Below, one piece after another: positions 26,731 to 38,849 of a stretch of DNA of 64,000 bases (the first letter of the stretch is position 1; the number at the start of each line of letters is the position of its first letter). The position numbers and the translations under genes are program-made. The stretch is from Azolla caroliniana (lineage: Eukaryota > Plantae > Polypodiophyta): contig JBHGNT010000002.1 of the NCBI GenBank assembly GCA_043228905.1, forward strand, positions 15,934,001 to 15,998,000, written 5' to 3'. The notes beneath the pieces are model-generated. The model was not told the origin of the DNA, searched no databases, and saw only the letters and a list, made by a program, of their open reading frames with translations.

Positions 26731-29700
26731 TCTACCCTCTACCTCTTCTACATTCCACAATGACATGGCATATGGATTTCGTTTGCACGCAGCAAATCAT
26801 TAGGTCCTAGTATGTATGGTCCTTTAATGTTCCACTACGTATAATAAAGTAAAATGTTTGTCGCTTCCTCGAGATTGGTAGTAGGATCATTTTCATGGAC
26901 TATCCAATGATAATTGGAGTTAGGAATGCCATGTAGCACGTAGACAAGAAAACAAAAATTGTAGGTACTAACCTCGAGACCGATTTTTGAACTAGGTCCT
27001 CATGTAATGAGCATAATCATTGAGGGAATAAATGTCCTAGCTAGAAAGAGTAAGTAGGTGTTGTGCTACTTCAGCCTTAGAGGGGGGTTGGAGAAACATA
27101 TAGTCACCGTGGAGAAATGCCGTTTTTACATCTAGCTAAATCAGCTCCAAGTTGTCGGCGGCCACGACGCCGAGCATGAAACGAAGGGTCGTCATTTTCA
27201 CCACTGGTGAAAAGATTTCGTCGAAGTCGACGCCATATTCTTGTCTAAACCCCTCTGCAACTAATCTGGCATTGTACTTTGGGTTGGTCGAGTCGGATGT
27301 CTCTTTTAGTCGATAGACCCACTTACATGGAAGAGCACGTCGATTCTTCGGTAATTCGACCAAGTCCCAAGTCTTGTTTGCCCGAATGGAGTGCATTTTC
27401 GACTCCATCGCCATATGCCATGTGGATGAATCGGCAGATGCCGATGCTTCTTTCTAAGACGTCGGTTCACCGGCGTTGGTAAAGAAAATTCCAGGGGAGT
27501 ACCTCTCTAGAGGTTGCGACAGTCTCTCGGATCTGCGAGGTATGATTGGACTAGTCACACCGGGTGTCGATGTCGGATGGTCAGGAGCCGAGCCATTCGG
27601 TTGTGCTGAATCGGTGGATTCGGTGCGAGAGTTGTCGGTTACCTGTGAAACCGATCTCGTGTTGTGGGTTGGGCCTTCATGAAGGGTTGGCACTTCGGAG
27701 AATATTACCCTTCGGACTTCAATAGGCCTTTCGACCGTTTTATGCATAGTCGACTCGTTGAACATGACGTTTGAACTTCGGACGATTTGTCTATGCTCCG
27801 GGTCCCAGAGTCGGTATCCGATCTCGCCGTCGGGACCATATCCAAGGAAAACACATTTCCTTGATATTGGTTCGAGTTTCCGGCGGTTGTCTTTCGATAT
27901 GAGGGCATACACCTCGTAGCCGAAGATCCTTAGCTTGTCATAATTCGGCTTACTGCCGGTCCATGTTTCCTGAGGTATTTTAAGTCCTAGAGGTCTACTT
28001 GGCGACATATTTATTATGTGTACTGTCATAAGTAGAGCCTCTGCCCAGAAGCCATCCGACAGTCTGGAGTGTTGGAGCATGGATACTACGTGTTCTTGAA
28101 TCGTCCGATTCATGGTTCAACAATTCCGTTCTGCTCCGGACTATAGGGTGCCGTATATTCACGTCGAATGTCGCGTTCCTGGCAGAATTTGACGAATTCT
28201 TCAGACTTGAATTCTCCTCCATCGTCGGTTTGGAGACATTTCAGTTTCTGACCGGTCTGATTTTCGACCATTGCAAGCCATTCGGAGAAGATCGAGAACA
28301 CCCGATCTTTGGTTCTGATGGGGTAAGCCCACACCTTCCGAGTCGAGTCGTCAATAAAAATGACGAAGTACGAAGCACTGCCGAGAGACTGATGTGGCAT
28401 CGGGCCACAGACGTCCGAGTGGACCATATCAAGGGGACTCGATTCTCTTGGTGCTGATGTCGGGTGTGATGCGGCTACCTATTTGTCGTACTGGCAATGC
28501 TCGCAAAATTGGTGATTTGAGAAGGAGAGCTTGGGGATGTAACTGGCTCTTGATAGGTGCGTTATTCCGGCCTTGCTGAGGTGTTCAAGTCGTCCGTGCC
28601 ATAACGATGATAGGGGGATATCAACAAAAAATAAGTCACCCTCTTTGAGTATGACATATAAAGGGTACAAGGAATTTACCTTTGGTCCTCGAGCAAGCAG
28701 GAGGTTCCCTTTGTGGAGTGTCCACCCTCCTGATGAGAACCCGACATGGATGTTGGCTTCGTCAAGTTGTCCGACTGAGATCAAGGGTCTTGAATGCTCA
28801 GGAATGTGTCGGACGTTGTGTAGTAGGAGTGTAGAGCCGCCCGGAAGGTTGAGCTCTACGGTGCCGATTCCGATTATAGCATAGTGCTGCAAGTTTCCGA
28901 CTCGAACTGAGTCGGAGTGCCGGTTCGAGTATTGCCGGAACTGAGATCGGTGAGGTGTCACATGATACGATGTGCCCGAGTCCAGGAGCCATGTGCTCGA
29001 TTCCTCAGTCGTAAGCAGAACTTCTGATTCGACTGGGTTCTTTATGGACAATATGTTCAGGTTGGTCGTCAAAATTTCGGCTGAAGAGCCGACGTAGTTT
29101 ATCTCCTCATGCCGGCTACTCTTCTTATCCGCTCTATGAGCTTTGTCGGTTTTTGCTTTGAGTGCCCGATAGTCGGCTTTGATGTGTCCCGGTTTCTTGC
29201 AGTAGTTGTAGATTCGGTTGTCTCGGGACTTGCTCCGGCTTCGCTGATTGTTTGGCGGTCGAGAAGAACTTCTTCCTCGGTTGTTCGATTAGTCGGTCGA
29301 ACCTTGTACTACGTAAGCTTCATCTGCCGAGTTTTTGGTGAAAAACTTTCTTCGAGCTTCTTCAGTCAGGATTGCGCTCGTGACTTCGGAGTACTTAACG
29401 ACAGCTATTGAAGCATTGCACACGGTTGTAACGAAGGTTTCCCATGAAGAGGGGAGACTACTCATGCATATCATTGCTCTGAGTTCATCCTCGATTGTCG
29501 TCCCTTGAGACGAGATTTGGGAGCTTATGCTTTCGTACTCGTTGAGGTATGCCTGAACTGAATCGGATTCTTTCATTCGCAAGTTGTAGAGGCACCGGAT
29601 CAGATACATCTTTGTTGCGGAGACCTCCTTTTCATAAGTTTCCGACAACGTTTTCCAAAGTTCAAAAGTTGTCGTGCATGATTGCACTATGAAGTACATT

Positions 29701-30871
29701 GACTCCGACAAGTGCATCCAAATCGTGGCGTGGGCAATTCTGTCCAGCTTTAGCCACTCGTTTGCCTAGTATGATTCTGAAGGATTTTCATTCTCAATTG
29801 GGTCTATCTGACCCTTGACTATGAGATAGTCCTGCATTTGTTCCTTCCAGAAGTTGAAGTTCGAACCGTTGAACCTCCTTAGACTCATCTCCGATGAGCC
29901 GGATTTTGATGCCATCTGCTTTGGTTTCGGTTGGTAAGACTCGGTTCGGAGTTGACTACGAACCTTAGTGGGGTGCAGGCGGTCGGCTCACTCGATATCG
30001 TTCTAGTCAGTTTTGAACCCGAGTTGGATTGGTTTCGGATACTTGTTGTTGAACTTGCTCGGAGTGACTCTGGTAACTTGAGGGACAGAACCAACTAGTC
30101 TTCTCGAATGTTGTCGAGTCGGAGTGAGCCTGGTTAGCTTCCGATTGTATGCCGAATACCGATTACAAGAAACCGATTGTTTGGGCCGATTTTGCTTCAA
30201 ATGACTACAACGATGAGAGGGACGGATCCAACTGATCCTCCCGAATGTCGATCAGCCGAATGAAGCACGAATTTGGTTATTGCCAAGAGACCAATCTGCA
30301 GCGGGTGGTTACAACAAGTGGGTGAATAGCGTCCGGTGACCTATTCGGATGTTGTTTAACCGAATGAAGCACGATTGGGCCCATTGTTGTTCAAGGAGCC
30401 CCCCTCAAGCGGTTACAATCACAGGAACAGAGTGCAACCGACTGGCTTACTCCAATTTGTGATTTAACATAGTGAGATGTGAGCTTTTTGTTTTTCTTCT
30501 CCCTTCTCTGTTCTTCAAAGAAAATGAAAACGGAATGTCGTGTGGTGTACTATGATGGCCGACAGCGGGTTGAAGAACCTCCAACGCTTTGATACCAAAT
30601 GTTGCGGAGACAAGGCCGTCAATGCAAAAGTGCAAGCAACATTCGTGATGAAGAAGAATATGTGTATGCGCATAAAACAAGATAGACAGAGAGAGAGAGA
30701 GAGAGGGAGTGACAGATAGGCACAAAATGAGTGTTATATTTGTTACCCCGTACGAGATGTACGGAGAGTCAAGTGTGATGAGTGAGGGTCAAATGTTATC
30801 ATGATGTTGTGCATGTGTAGGGGGTATAAATGTAGTTGTGAGTCTATACGTATATGAACACATGCACACGT

Positions 30872-32528
30872 TGTCGCGAAGTTTCGCGCGCGCGTGTTAC
30901 TTGGGCGGGACCACGGGGGTCTCGGACTAGGGAGTACTCAAGGGATAGAGAAGACCCGAGGTTTGCTTTATGACAATACTACTTCCCCACCCCTTCCCGA
31001 GCAAGGTCTCGTTCCCCTTTTGTTTTGTGAGGCCGGTGGCTCTCGTTGATCAAGACTCGTCGACCTTCCGAGATCACCGTACGAGCCAAGTGACCAAACG
31101 AGTACAAGCAAGATGAGCACGCAACATGAACGCACAAGGGGACGATAACACAAACACGAATGTCCGTACGGCTTTATGAGGAGGAGAGGTGCATGGGCGC
31201 GCCTGAACGCTCCCTCGTGACAAGACGTCAAACGTACGAGGAAGACACAAAACACACGCACAAAAATGCTCGTATGCCTTTATGAGGAGGAGAGGTGCAT
31301 GGGCAAGCCCGAACGGTCCCCTCGTCACAAGACGACCGAATGTACAAGGAAGACACAAACACACGCACAAATGCTCGTACGCCTTTATGAGGAGGAGAGG
31401 TGCATGGGCAAGCCCGAACGGTCCCCTCGTCACAAGACGGTCGAACATACAAGGAGGACACAAACACACACACAAAATGCTCGTACGCCTTTATGAGGAG
31501 GAGAGGTGCATGGGCAAGCCCGAACGGTCCCCTCGTCACAAGACGACCGAACGTACAAGGAAGACACAAACACACATACAAATGCTCGTACGCCTTTATG
31601 AGGAGGAGAGGTGCATGGGCAAGCCCAAACGGTCCCCTCGTCACAAGACGGCCGAACGTACAAGAAAGACACGAATAAAGAAAGAAGGAGAGAAAGAAAC
31701 ACGAACAATATTGACCAAAGAGTTAAATACGTGTTTGATTCTAATGCAAGAGGACCCTTTATAAAATAGGGGTTTTTTTTATTTACAATGGCAACTTATA
31801 GTTAACCACAAGCTCAATCAAAACATAAATATTAAATGCCCTTAGAGACAAGACAAAACCGAACACGGCGAAGACGAACACACGAGCACCACCAAAAGGC
31901 CAATCACAACGAACCACGACCACCCGAACGGCAAGCACACGGGCTCACAACAACGAACGGGGCAGAGCAACGTCGAGCCAACGAAGCTTAGGCTCACGAG
32001 CACGTGGCGATGGGGGGATGAAGGGGTATGAGATGAAGAAAAGTGGTGAATAACGAGATTAGGAGCTTCGAAGGAAAATTGGCGATAGTCTCCTCCTCCC
32101 AAAACGTCCCTCCAAATGAGCCCCCCCTCGACCTCCTTTTATAGGAAAAAAAAGAAGGGGGGGTCGCCAAATTTGTCTTCAATGAAAAAGGACTAAAATT
32201 CCTTAAATCACACTACATTATAAGACTAGATTTGAATCGTGCACCTCTAGCTAATAGTCAATGTGACTATCCACTAACCCACTAACTCTTTCTTATATAA
32301 TATGTAAGTCTATCTCTATAAATTTATAGCCTGTCTCCCCTCTACCCTTTATCTCACCTCTCTCTTACTTTTTGCACGAGCTTCTATACCTCCCTTTTAC
32401 CCTTTCTTTTCCTTTTTATTTTGCATATGCACAATTAATCGCTTTTGTGTGCACACACATTGCACATGCACATTTTTGACCCCCTTTTCGCCGGTTTTTC
32501 CCACCCTCGAGCATGCCACATCACGACA
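30872..32528 (-). mobile_element. 1657-bp solo-LTR-like element E
   Basis: Termini TGTCGCGA...TCACGACA (inverted, TG..CA); TATA-like CCTATAAAAGG on the minus strand near 32140; no coding capacity. Confidence 0.7.
31140..31672. repeat. ~105-bp tandem repeat, 5 copies
   Basis: ATGCTCGT at 31266, 31371, 31477 and 31582 (period 105-106), plus a diverged first copy near 31160. Confidence 0.92.
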
Positions 32529-32918
32529 AAGAGAGGGAGAGGGAGTGACAGATAGGCACAAAACGAGTGTTATATTTGTTACCCCGTACGAGATGTACGG
32601 AGAGTCAAGTGTGATGAGTGAGGGTCGAATGTTATCATGATGTTGTGCATGTGTAGGGGGTGTAAATGTAGTTGTGAGTCTATACGTATATGAACACATG
32701 CACACGTGTGTGCATGTGGATGGATATGAGGAGGTGTGAGTGAGTGTCCAGTATGAATGCTCAATGGGGCTTACACCCCTATGTATCTACCCCCTCATGT
32801 ACTATTTAACCCCTTATGGGGAATGAATGAAACATGAATGATCATTTCTCTCTCTCCGTAACCGGGCTGTCTGTTGGCCTAGTCATCCATTCCCGCCGCT
32901 GTTCACTGCGATTGTGCA

Positions 32919-33348
32919 TCCCATCGTGGTCGCCAAAAACTATGTTAATCCTAGGGCCGGACAACAGCCTAACACAGGGTGTCTACTTAAGACACTTCAC
33001 CAAAGGTGTTACGGCAAGATGACTTACGACACAACACTTAATTAGACCTTAATTGGTTACTTAACAATACGTCATTAACACGTGTAAGATATAACAATGA
33101 GTACAAAACGGTAATCAATACTGAAATGTTAAGGCAATAAGTTCTATTAATTATCCACTGTCAATTACATTGTAACTGGGCCTTTATATAGGTCTCCGTT
33201 GCGAAGTACAAAACGGTGCCAACCGGCACCTATTCGGAATCGGTCTGGATCCGGATCGGCATACCGATTCTGGTCCGTCCGTCCATATTAATAAAATAAT
33301 TACAACAATTCCCGAATAAACTATCCCTTTCACACTCTGGTCTGGACA
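32919..33348 (-). mobile_element. Gypsy family B LTR (32943-~33348) with tRNA-Arg-like PBS
   Basis: PBS TGGCGACCACGATGGGA (32919-32935, minus); LTR homologous to 11535-12022. Confidence 0.72.
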
Positions 33349-33559
33349 TCCTTAAGCCTTCTTACCGGCCGGGTAACAATATTCCACAATAGCAATAGTT
33401 ACAAAGAATGACAACCAACGTTTTCTAAAGGTTACAAAGTCACTATATATAGTGACTATCCTAGGGCAACTGCCCTTTATGCTATTTACAGAAATAGCCC
33501 GAACTTGGGCTGTCCAAAGGGATAGTGTGAATACGGCCATTATACCCTCGTATTCGACA

Positions 33560-33729
33560 CTCATAGTCATGGGGAATATGTAACTCATTAGTTATGTGTC
33601 ATAGAATATGATTTTATGACACATAGTTAATGTGTAGAGAGTAGTGGTGTGACTCTTGACATTTGAGTAATCATAGATTCTCAAAAGGTGAGTTCACACG
33701 TTGCACTATGTTGAGCTTGATTCTCAACA
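33560..33729 (-). repeat. Truncated LTR start (F/H-like) with PPT
   Basis: The minus strand reads AAGGAGAG TGTTGAGAATCAAGCTCAACA. Confidence 0.55.
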
Positions 33730-33756
33730 CTCTCCTTATTATGGAGTCTACCTTCC

Positions 33757-34064
33757 TGTTGAGAGATCAAGCTCAACTTACTTTAGTTATTTAGTCAACC
33801 ATGTAACTTTGTAGTTACCTAGATAAAATCTAGTTAGAAGTGTTGACTATAACGCCTTAAATAGGACCTTGTACTGAAGTGGGATATTCTAGATCCTCCA
33901 CTCCCAAGGTCATTTAATATAGGACTTACGCATTAGTACCTATATTCTACTCACACATGTGCACCTTTGCACATGAGATGTATATATACCTCATTGTGGG
34001 TATTTTTGTATTTGATGATGATAATGCTAATTTAATATACTTACTTATCCCCCATCTTGTGTTG

Positions 34065-34134
<70 letters not shown>

Positions 34135-37100
34135 CACATAATCTTTCATTTATCAATTAATCACATAATTAGGTACTAATTAATCCTTGCTTAATTACTT
34201 ACCTAATTCTTAACATGGTATCAGAGCGTGTGGTTTAGAAAATCCACTAAGCCCACCTGACTCCGTGATTGTGTGTTCGAGACGCCGACGACAAAATCCG
34301 GCTATCGGCTATCGTAGTGCCGCTACGTAGCACGTGTACGTGATCGAAGGAAGAAAAGCAAAAGAAGAGAAGACACTACAATCAACATGAACACACAAAT
34401 GGGTTGCTCGCTCCCTAGTGAAAAGCTAGACCGGAGCAATTATTCATCTTGGGAGTACAAGATGACCCAATACCTCGTCGGCCAAGGGTATTGGAGCTAC
34501 ATTAATGACGCTCAAGAAAATCGACCCGACTCAAAGAACGTCGACTACGCAACATGGGAGCAAGCGGTGAGTCGAGTCATGTATTGTTTGGTAACATGTG
34601 TCCACGACCACATGCTTCGCCACATTCGAGACGCCAAGACGCCCAAAGAGGCGTGGGAGAATCTCAAGAAAATGTTCGCCGCCAACACGACCGCCCAAAA
34701 GCTTCAACTCCGACAAGAGTTGAACAACATTCGGCAAAAAGACATGTCCGTGTCAAACTACAACGCCAAGATCAAGAGCATTTGCAACTCGCTTGGCTCC
34801 ATCAAAATAAACGTCGATGAAAACGAGATGGTTCAAGTATGTTTGGGCGGCCTCGCACAATGATTCGATCCATTACGGACGACAATCTTGGCGAGAGAAA
34901 ACCCTCCTTCCTTCTTCGACCTCCAATCAATGCTATTGGTCGAAGAGAACCACGTCTGGACCAAAAGCAAGATGTCGGAAGGACAAATGTTCTTCTCGAA
35001 TTCGGATGGTGGCCGAGGAGGAGGTCACGGCGGTAGAAGAGGTCAATTCGACCCATCACGCGAAGGGAATTCAAACCTTCACGGAAGCCATCAAGGAACC
35101 TTCGAAAGAAGGGGGAGCTTCCACGCCGAACATGGTAGGCAAACGAGGCCCACAACTTGCAATTATTGCGGCAAAATTGGCCACTACGAGGCGGAGTGTC
35201 AGAAAAAGAGAAGTGAGCCGGCTTCAACAAGTCGACACCTCACAAACTATGCATTGAACTCCGACCACGACAACTGTGGTGGAATGTTCGTAATGAGGCA
35301 TAGAGCGAATTCTATGATGGACTCCAACTCCGCAAGCACCTCCAACTTGGAAGATGTGTGGTTCGCCGATTCCGGCACCTCACATCACATGACATCTCAC
35401 AAAGAGTGGTTTCGTGATTTATGAATGCCGGTGTTACCGTACGAGATGTACGAGTGATTGATAAGTGTGATAAGGGAGGGTGAAAGATGTAATGTGTTGA
35501 TACGTATGTGTGATTTTATACGATTATGAGTGTGAATGTAAGTGTGAGTGTGGTAGATACAAAGAGGTGTGAGTGAGTGACTAGGTGTGAATGCCAAGGG
35601 GGCTTGCACCCTTGTGGATCTACCCCTTTGTACCTATTTAACCCCTTATCGGGAATGAATGAATACGAGGAACATTTCTCTCTTAATCTCTCTCTTGTCC
35701 TCTCTCTCTCTTCCCTCTCCTTAACGTTGAACCCCCTTGGGAGGGGGGTGGAGCCATTCTAGGCACCACCCCCCACCCCGTAATGCTTCTCGATGCACAT
35801 GATCTCTCTCACCATCATACCATTCACCATCTCCACCATTCCACAATGCTTATCTCCATCATCACACCCATCATTATAATCATGCTATCTTAATCGTCAT
35901 CCCTAACCCTAAAACGTATAACAGCCGGATCGACCAGCTTCCTAGAGACGGGAGACGACATCACGCACCCCATTCGGCACATCAGCAATGTCCCATTCGT
36001 GAAAGAAGGCGAGCAAACTTGCATCAAGAATGTCTTGCACGTGCCCACAATAACGAAGAATTTGGTCTCGGTCGGCCAAATCGTGGAGCAAGGTATGCAA
36101 GTCCGCTTCAACAACGAAGGTTGTTTCATTGAGAAAGATGGCAGACTCATAGCTAAGGGGCGGAGAGACGGCCAAATGTTCATCCTCGATTCGAACGAGG
36201 TGAAATCGGCAATGTATGCCAAAGGTCTCAAAACTGAGACAAGCATCGAGTTGTGGCACAAGAGAATCGGCCACATAAACCTCCAACGGCTTCGAGCGAT
36301 GCAAACCAAGGGAGTCGTCATCGGACTTCCGACATTCGAGTCGAAACGAGTCGACTGAGTATGCGAAGCGTGTCAACTCAACAAACAACATCGACTCCCA
36401 TTCCCGAAGGAGAGTCACACAAGCAAGGCCTCCTCGACGTCATACACTCGGATGTATGGGGACTGGCTCAAACGCCGATACTACGTAACCTTCATCGACG
36501 ACTACTCCCGCTACTCGTGGATCTACCCGATGAAGAAGAAGAGCGAAGTGCTCTCCCACTTTCAAAAGCTCAAGGGGCAAGTCGAAAAAGAAACCGGTTG
36601 GCACATTCGATGCCTACAATCAGATGGAGGAAAGGAGTACTTCTCCGACGAATTCACCTCCTACCTCCAAAGTGAAGGCATTCGGAGAGAATTCTCGTGC
36701 CGACACACACCCCAACAAAATGGAGTAGCCGAAAGGAAGAATCGGCAAATACTCGAGGTAGCACGCACCATGATGCACGAGAAGCACATGCTGAATTTCT
36801 ATTGGGCCGAAGCGGCATCTACGACCGTTTATCTCATGAACCGGTGCACCACTAATGGAGTTCATGAGCTAACTCCCTACGAGCTCCTCGTCGGAAGGAA
36901 GCCAATACTGTCGCACTTCAAGGTGTTCGGAAGCATTGCGAATGTACGCATCCCGAACGAACAACGACAGAAGCCCGATGTGAAGTCGGAGGAATGTATC
37001 CTCATAGGATACTTGTCAGAGAAGAAAGCATACAAGTGCTACAACCCTTCTACCTGAGCGGTTCAGGTAAGTCGAGATGTAGTCTTCGACGAGTCCGCAT

Positions 37101-37838
37101 TGTGGTACGCAACAGAGGCAACTTCGATTCTGAATCCGCTCGACCCAGAATCCGCCGAACAAGAGGTAGAAGATGGAGATCGCTTTGAAGAAAGCCCGAT
37201 TACAACAACGCCTAGTGGGCCACAAGAGCCCCCACGCGACCCAAGCATGTCGCGGCCAAGTACGAACTTGGATCAAGGCAAAGGTAAGATGCCCGAATAC
37301 GAAGTCGACCACCCTGACGATAATGATTCGGATGGATCGGCTCCCTCACTAGACAGTGAGTTTGGTGTACCCATCATGCGGACACCTGGAGTAAAGAAGG
37401 TGCTCACATCGGCGAGCGAAAAACTTGGACACCCATCTAGAGCAAAGAACCTCATCACTCGGCACGACTACAATGTCGAACGCCCACTAAAACGGATATC
37501 GAACGCCTCTCACTTGAGCTTGAGGGGGTGTGTTGAGAGATCAAGCTCAACTTACTTTAGTTATTTAGTCAACCATGTAACTTCATAGTTACCTAGATAG
37601 AATCTAGTTAGAAGTGTTGACTATAAAGCCTTAAATAGGACCTTGTACTGAAGTGGGATATTCTAGATCCTCCACTCCCAAGGTCATTTAATATAGGACT
37701 TACACATTAGTACCTATATTCCACTCACACATGTGCACCTTTGCACATGAGATGTATATATACCTCATTGTGGGTATTTTTGTATTTGATGATGATAATG
37801 CTAATTTAATATACTTACTCATCCCCCATCTTGTGTTG

Positions 37839-37888
<50 letters not shown>

Positions 37889-37983
37889 TCTCACACACAT
37901 ATCACATAATCTTTCGCTTATCAATTAATCACATAATTAGGTACTAATTAATCCTTGCTTAATTACTTACCTAATTCTTAACA
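33757..37983 (+). mobile_element. Copia family F element with paired LTRs (33757-34215, 37531-37983) and an RT/RNase H deletion
   Basis: Near-identical LTRs; PBS TGGTATCAGAGC 34216-34227; gag from 34387, CNYCGKIGHYEAEC, WFADSG, integrase to ~37100; jumps to the HLSLRG end and PPT. Flanks CTTCC/CTTTA form an imperfect TSD. Confidence 0.92.
35432..35923 (+). mobile_element. Family C solo LTR (492 bp), TSD GCCGG, inserted in the protease region of element F
   Basis: TGTTA...TAACA; GCCGG at 35427-35431 and 35924-35928. Confidence 0.9.
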
Positions 37984-38175
37984 CTTTAGTTTGTTCAATG
38001 CTAATGTTAAGTCCTCTAGACACCTTTCAAATTTTCTTATCCGCACAACCAATAGGTCCTCCCTACTCATTTCATAGTCCATGGCATTGCCACCCATGAC
38101 GTGATCAATTCCTCAGTGGACATTACAAGCTTCTAACCATACATAAGCTCCAATGGCATAAATCCGATCACCATA

Positions 38176-38520
38176 TGTTGAGAGACAAGCTCAATAGGAA
38201 GCCAGACCTGCTGAAGCATTGACTGATGAAGCCGATAGCCGGATCAGTTGGAAGGATTGGCTGGAGGCCGGATACTTGATCGGTTGAAGAAGCCGACATG
38301 CCATTGGAGGTCTTTATTCCTATTCTTAATAATAGGAATATTAGGTACAATCAGTGTCAGATGCTCATTGATGAGCATTCAAGTACTTGTAAGTGCTTGA
38401 GTCAGCTTATGTAACAGGCTTGTATAAAAGTGCCCACTAAGCACGTTTTGATGTACAGAGTGTTATTTTTCTAATATACTTTCATAGCCTGCTAACTCTC
38501 TCTCTCCCTGTGTGTGTGTG
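38176..38520 (+). repeat. Family H LTR, truncated
   Basis: TGTTGAGAGACAAGCTCAA start; shared core AGTGTCAG...TGTATAAA...CACTAAGCAC. Confidence 0.7.
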
Positions 38521-38849
38521 TGTGTTAGTTGGTCAGATCGATTGACCAAGCTAGTCAACGTATATAGGTCGACAAACTAGTATAATGATAGTCAAAATAG
38601 TTGTTGTAGTTGTTGTCGTAGCGGACAAGTGTGAAAGGAGATAGTCGTAGTCATAGCGGTATGGAGAAGAAGTTCAAGCCGTACTAGAAAAAAAAGAAAA
38701 AAGGAGATAATATTCGAGATTTTGAACGGTCACAATGAAAAGGTGTGACATCAGCCCATTTAAAGCGCACCATGCGGCATAATCATGCTATTATGATACA
38801 CGACGTGCATGCACGGGAATCAAGAAGAGGCGGCGACGAAAAATGGGGG

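Larger units (their letters stand above)
30741..33378 (+). mobile_element. Family C solo-LTR-like insertion with TSD ATATT, itself carrying nested inserts
   Basis: TGTTACC...GGTAACA; ATATT at 30736-30740 and 33379-33383; 5' part matches 35432 onward. Confidence 0.8.
27105..33559 (-). mobile_element. Copia family D element, 3'-truncated inside RT; 5' LTR (30600-33559) split by nested insertions
   Basis: gag/PR/INT/RT fragments closely similar to the 56145-60176 polyprotein. PBS variant at about 30586-30597. LTR halves 30600-30740 and 33379-33559 match the LTR at 55089-55389. Confidence 0.9.

Noticed and set aside
31140-31672. CRISPR-like array or repeat protein (ORFs 31266, 31282, 31400)
   Set aside because: Whole units are near-identical with no unique spacers, and the frame shifts between units; this is a plain tandem repeat in eukaryotic DNA.
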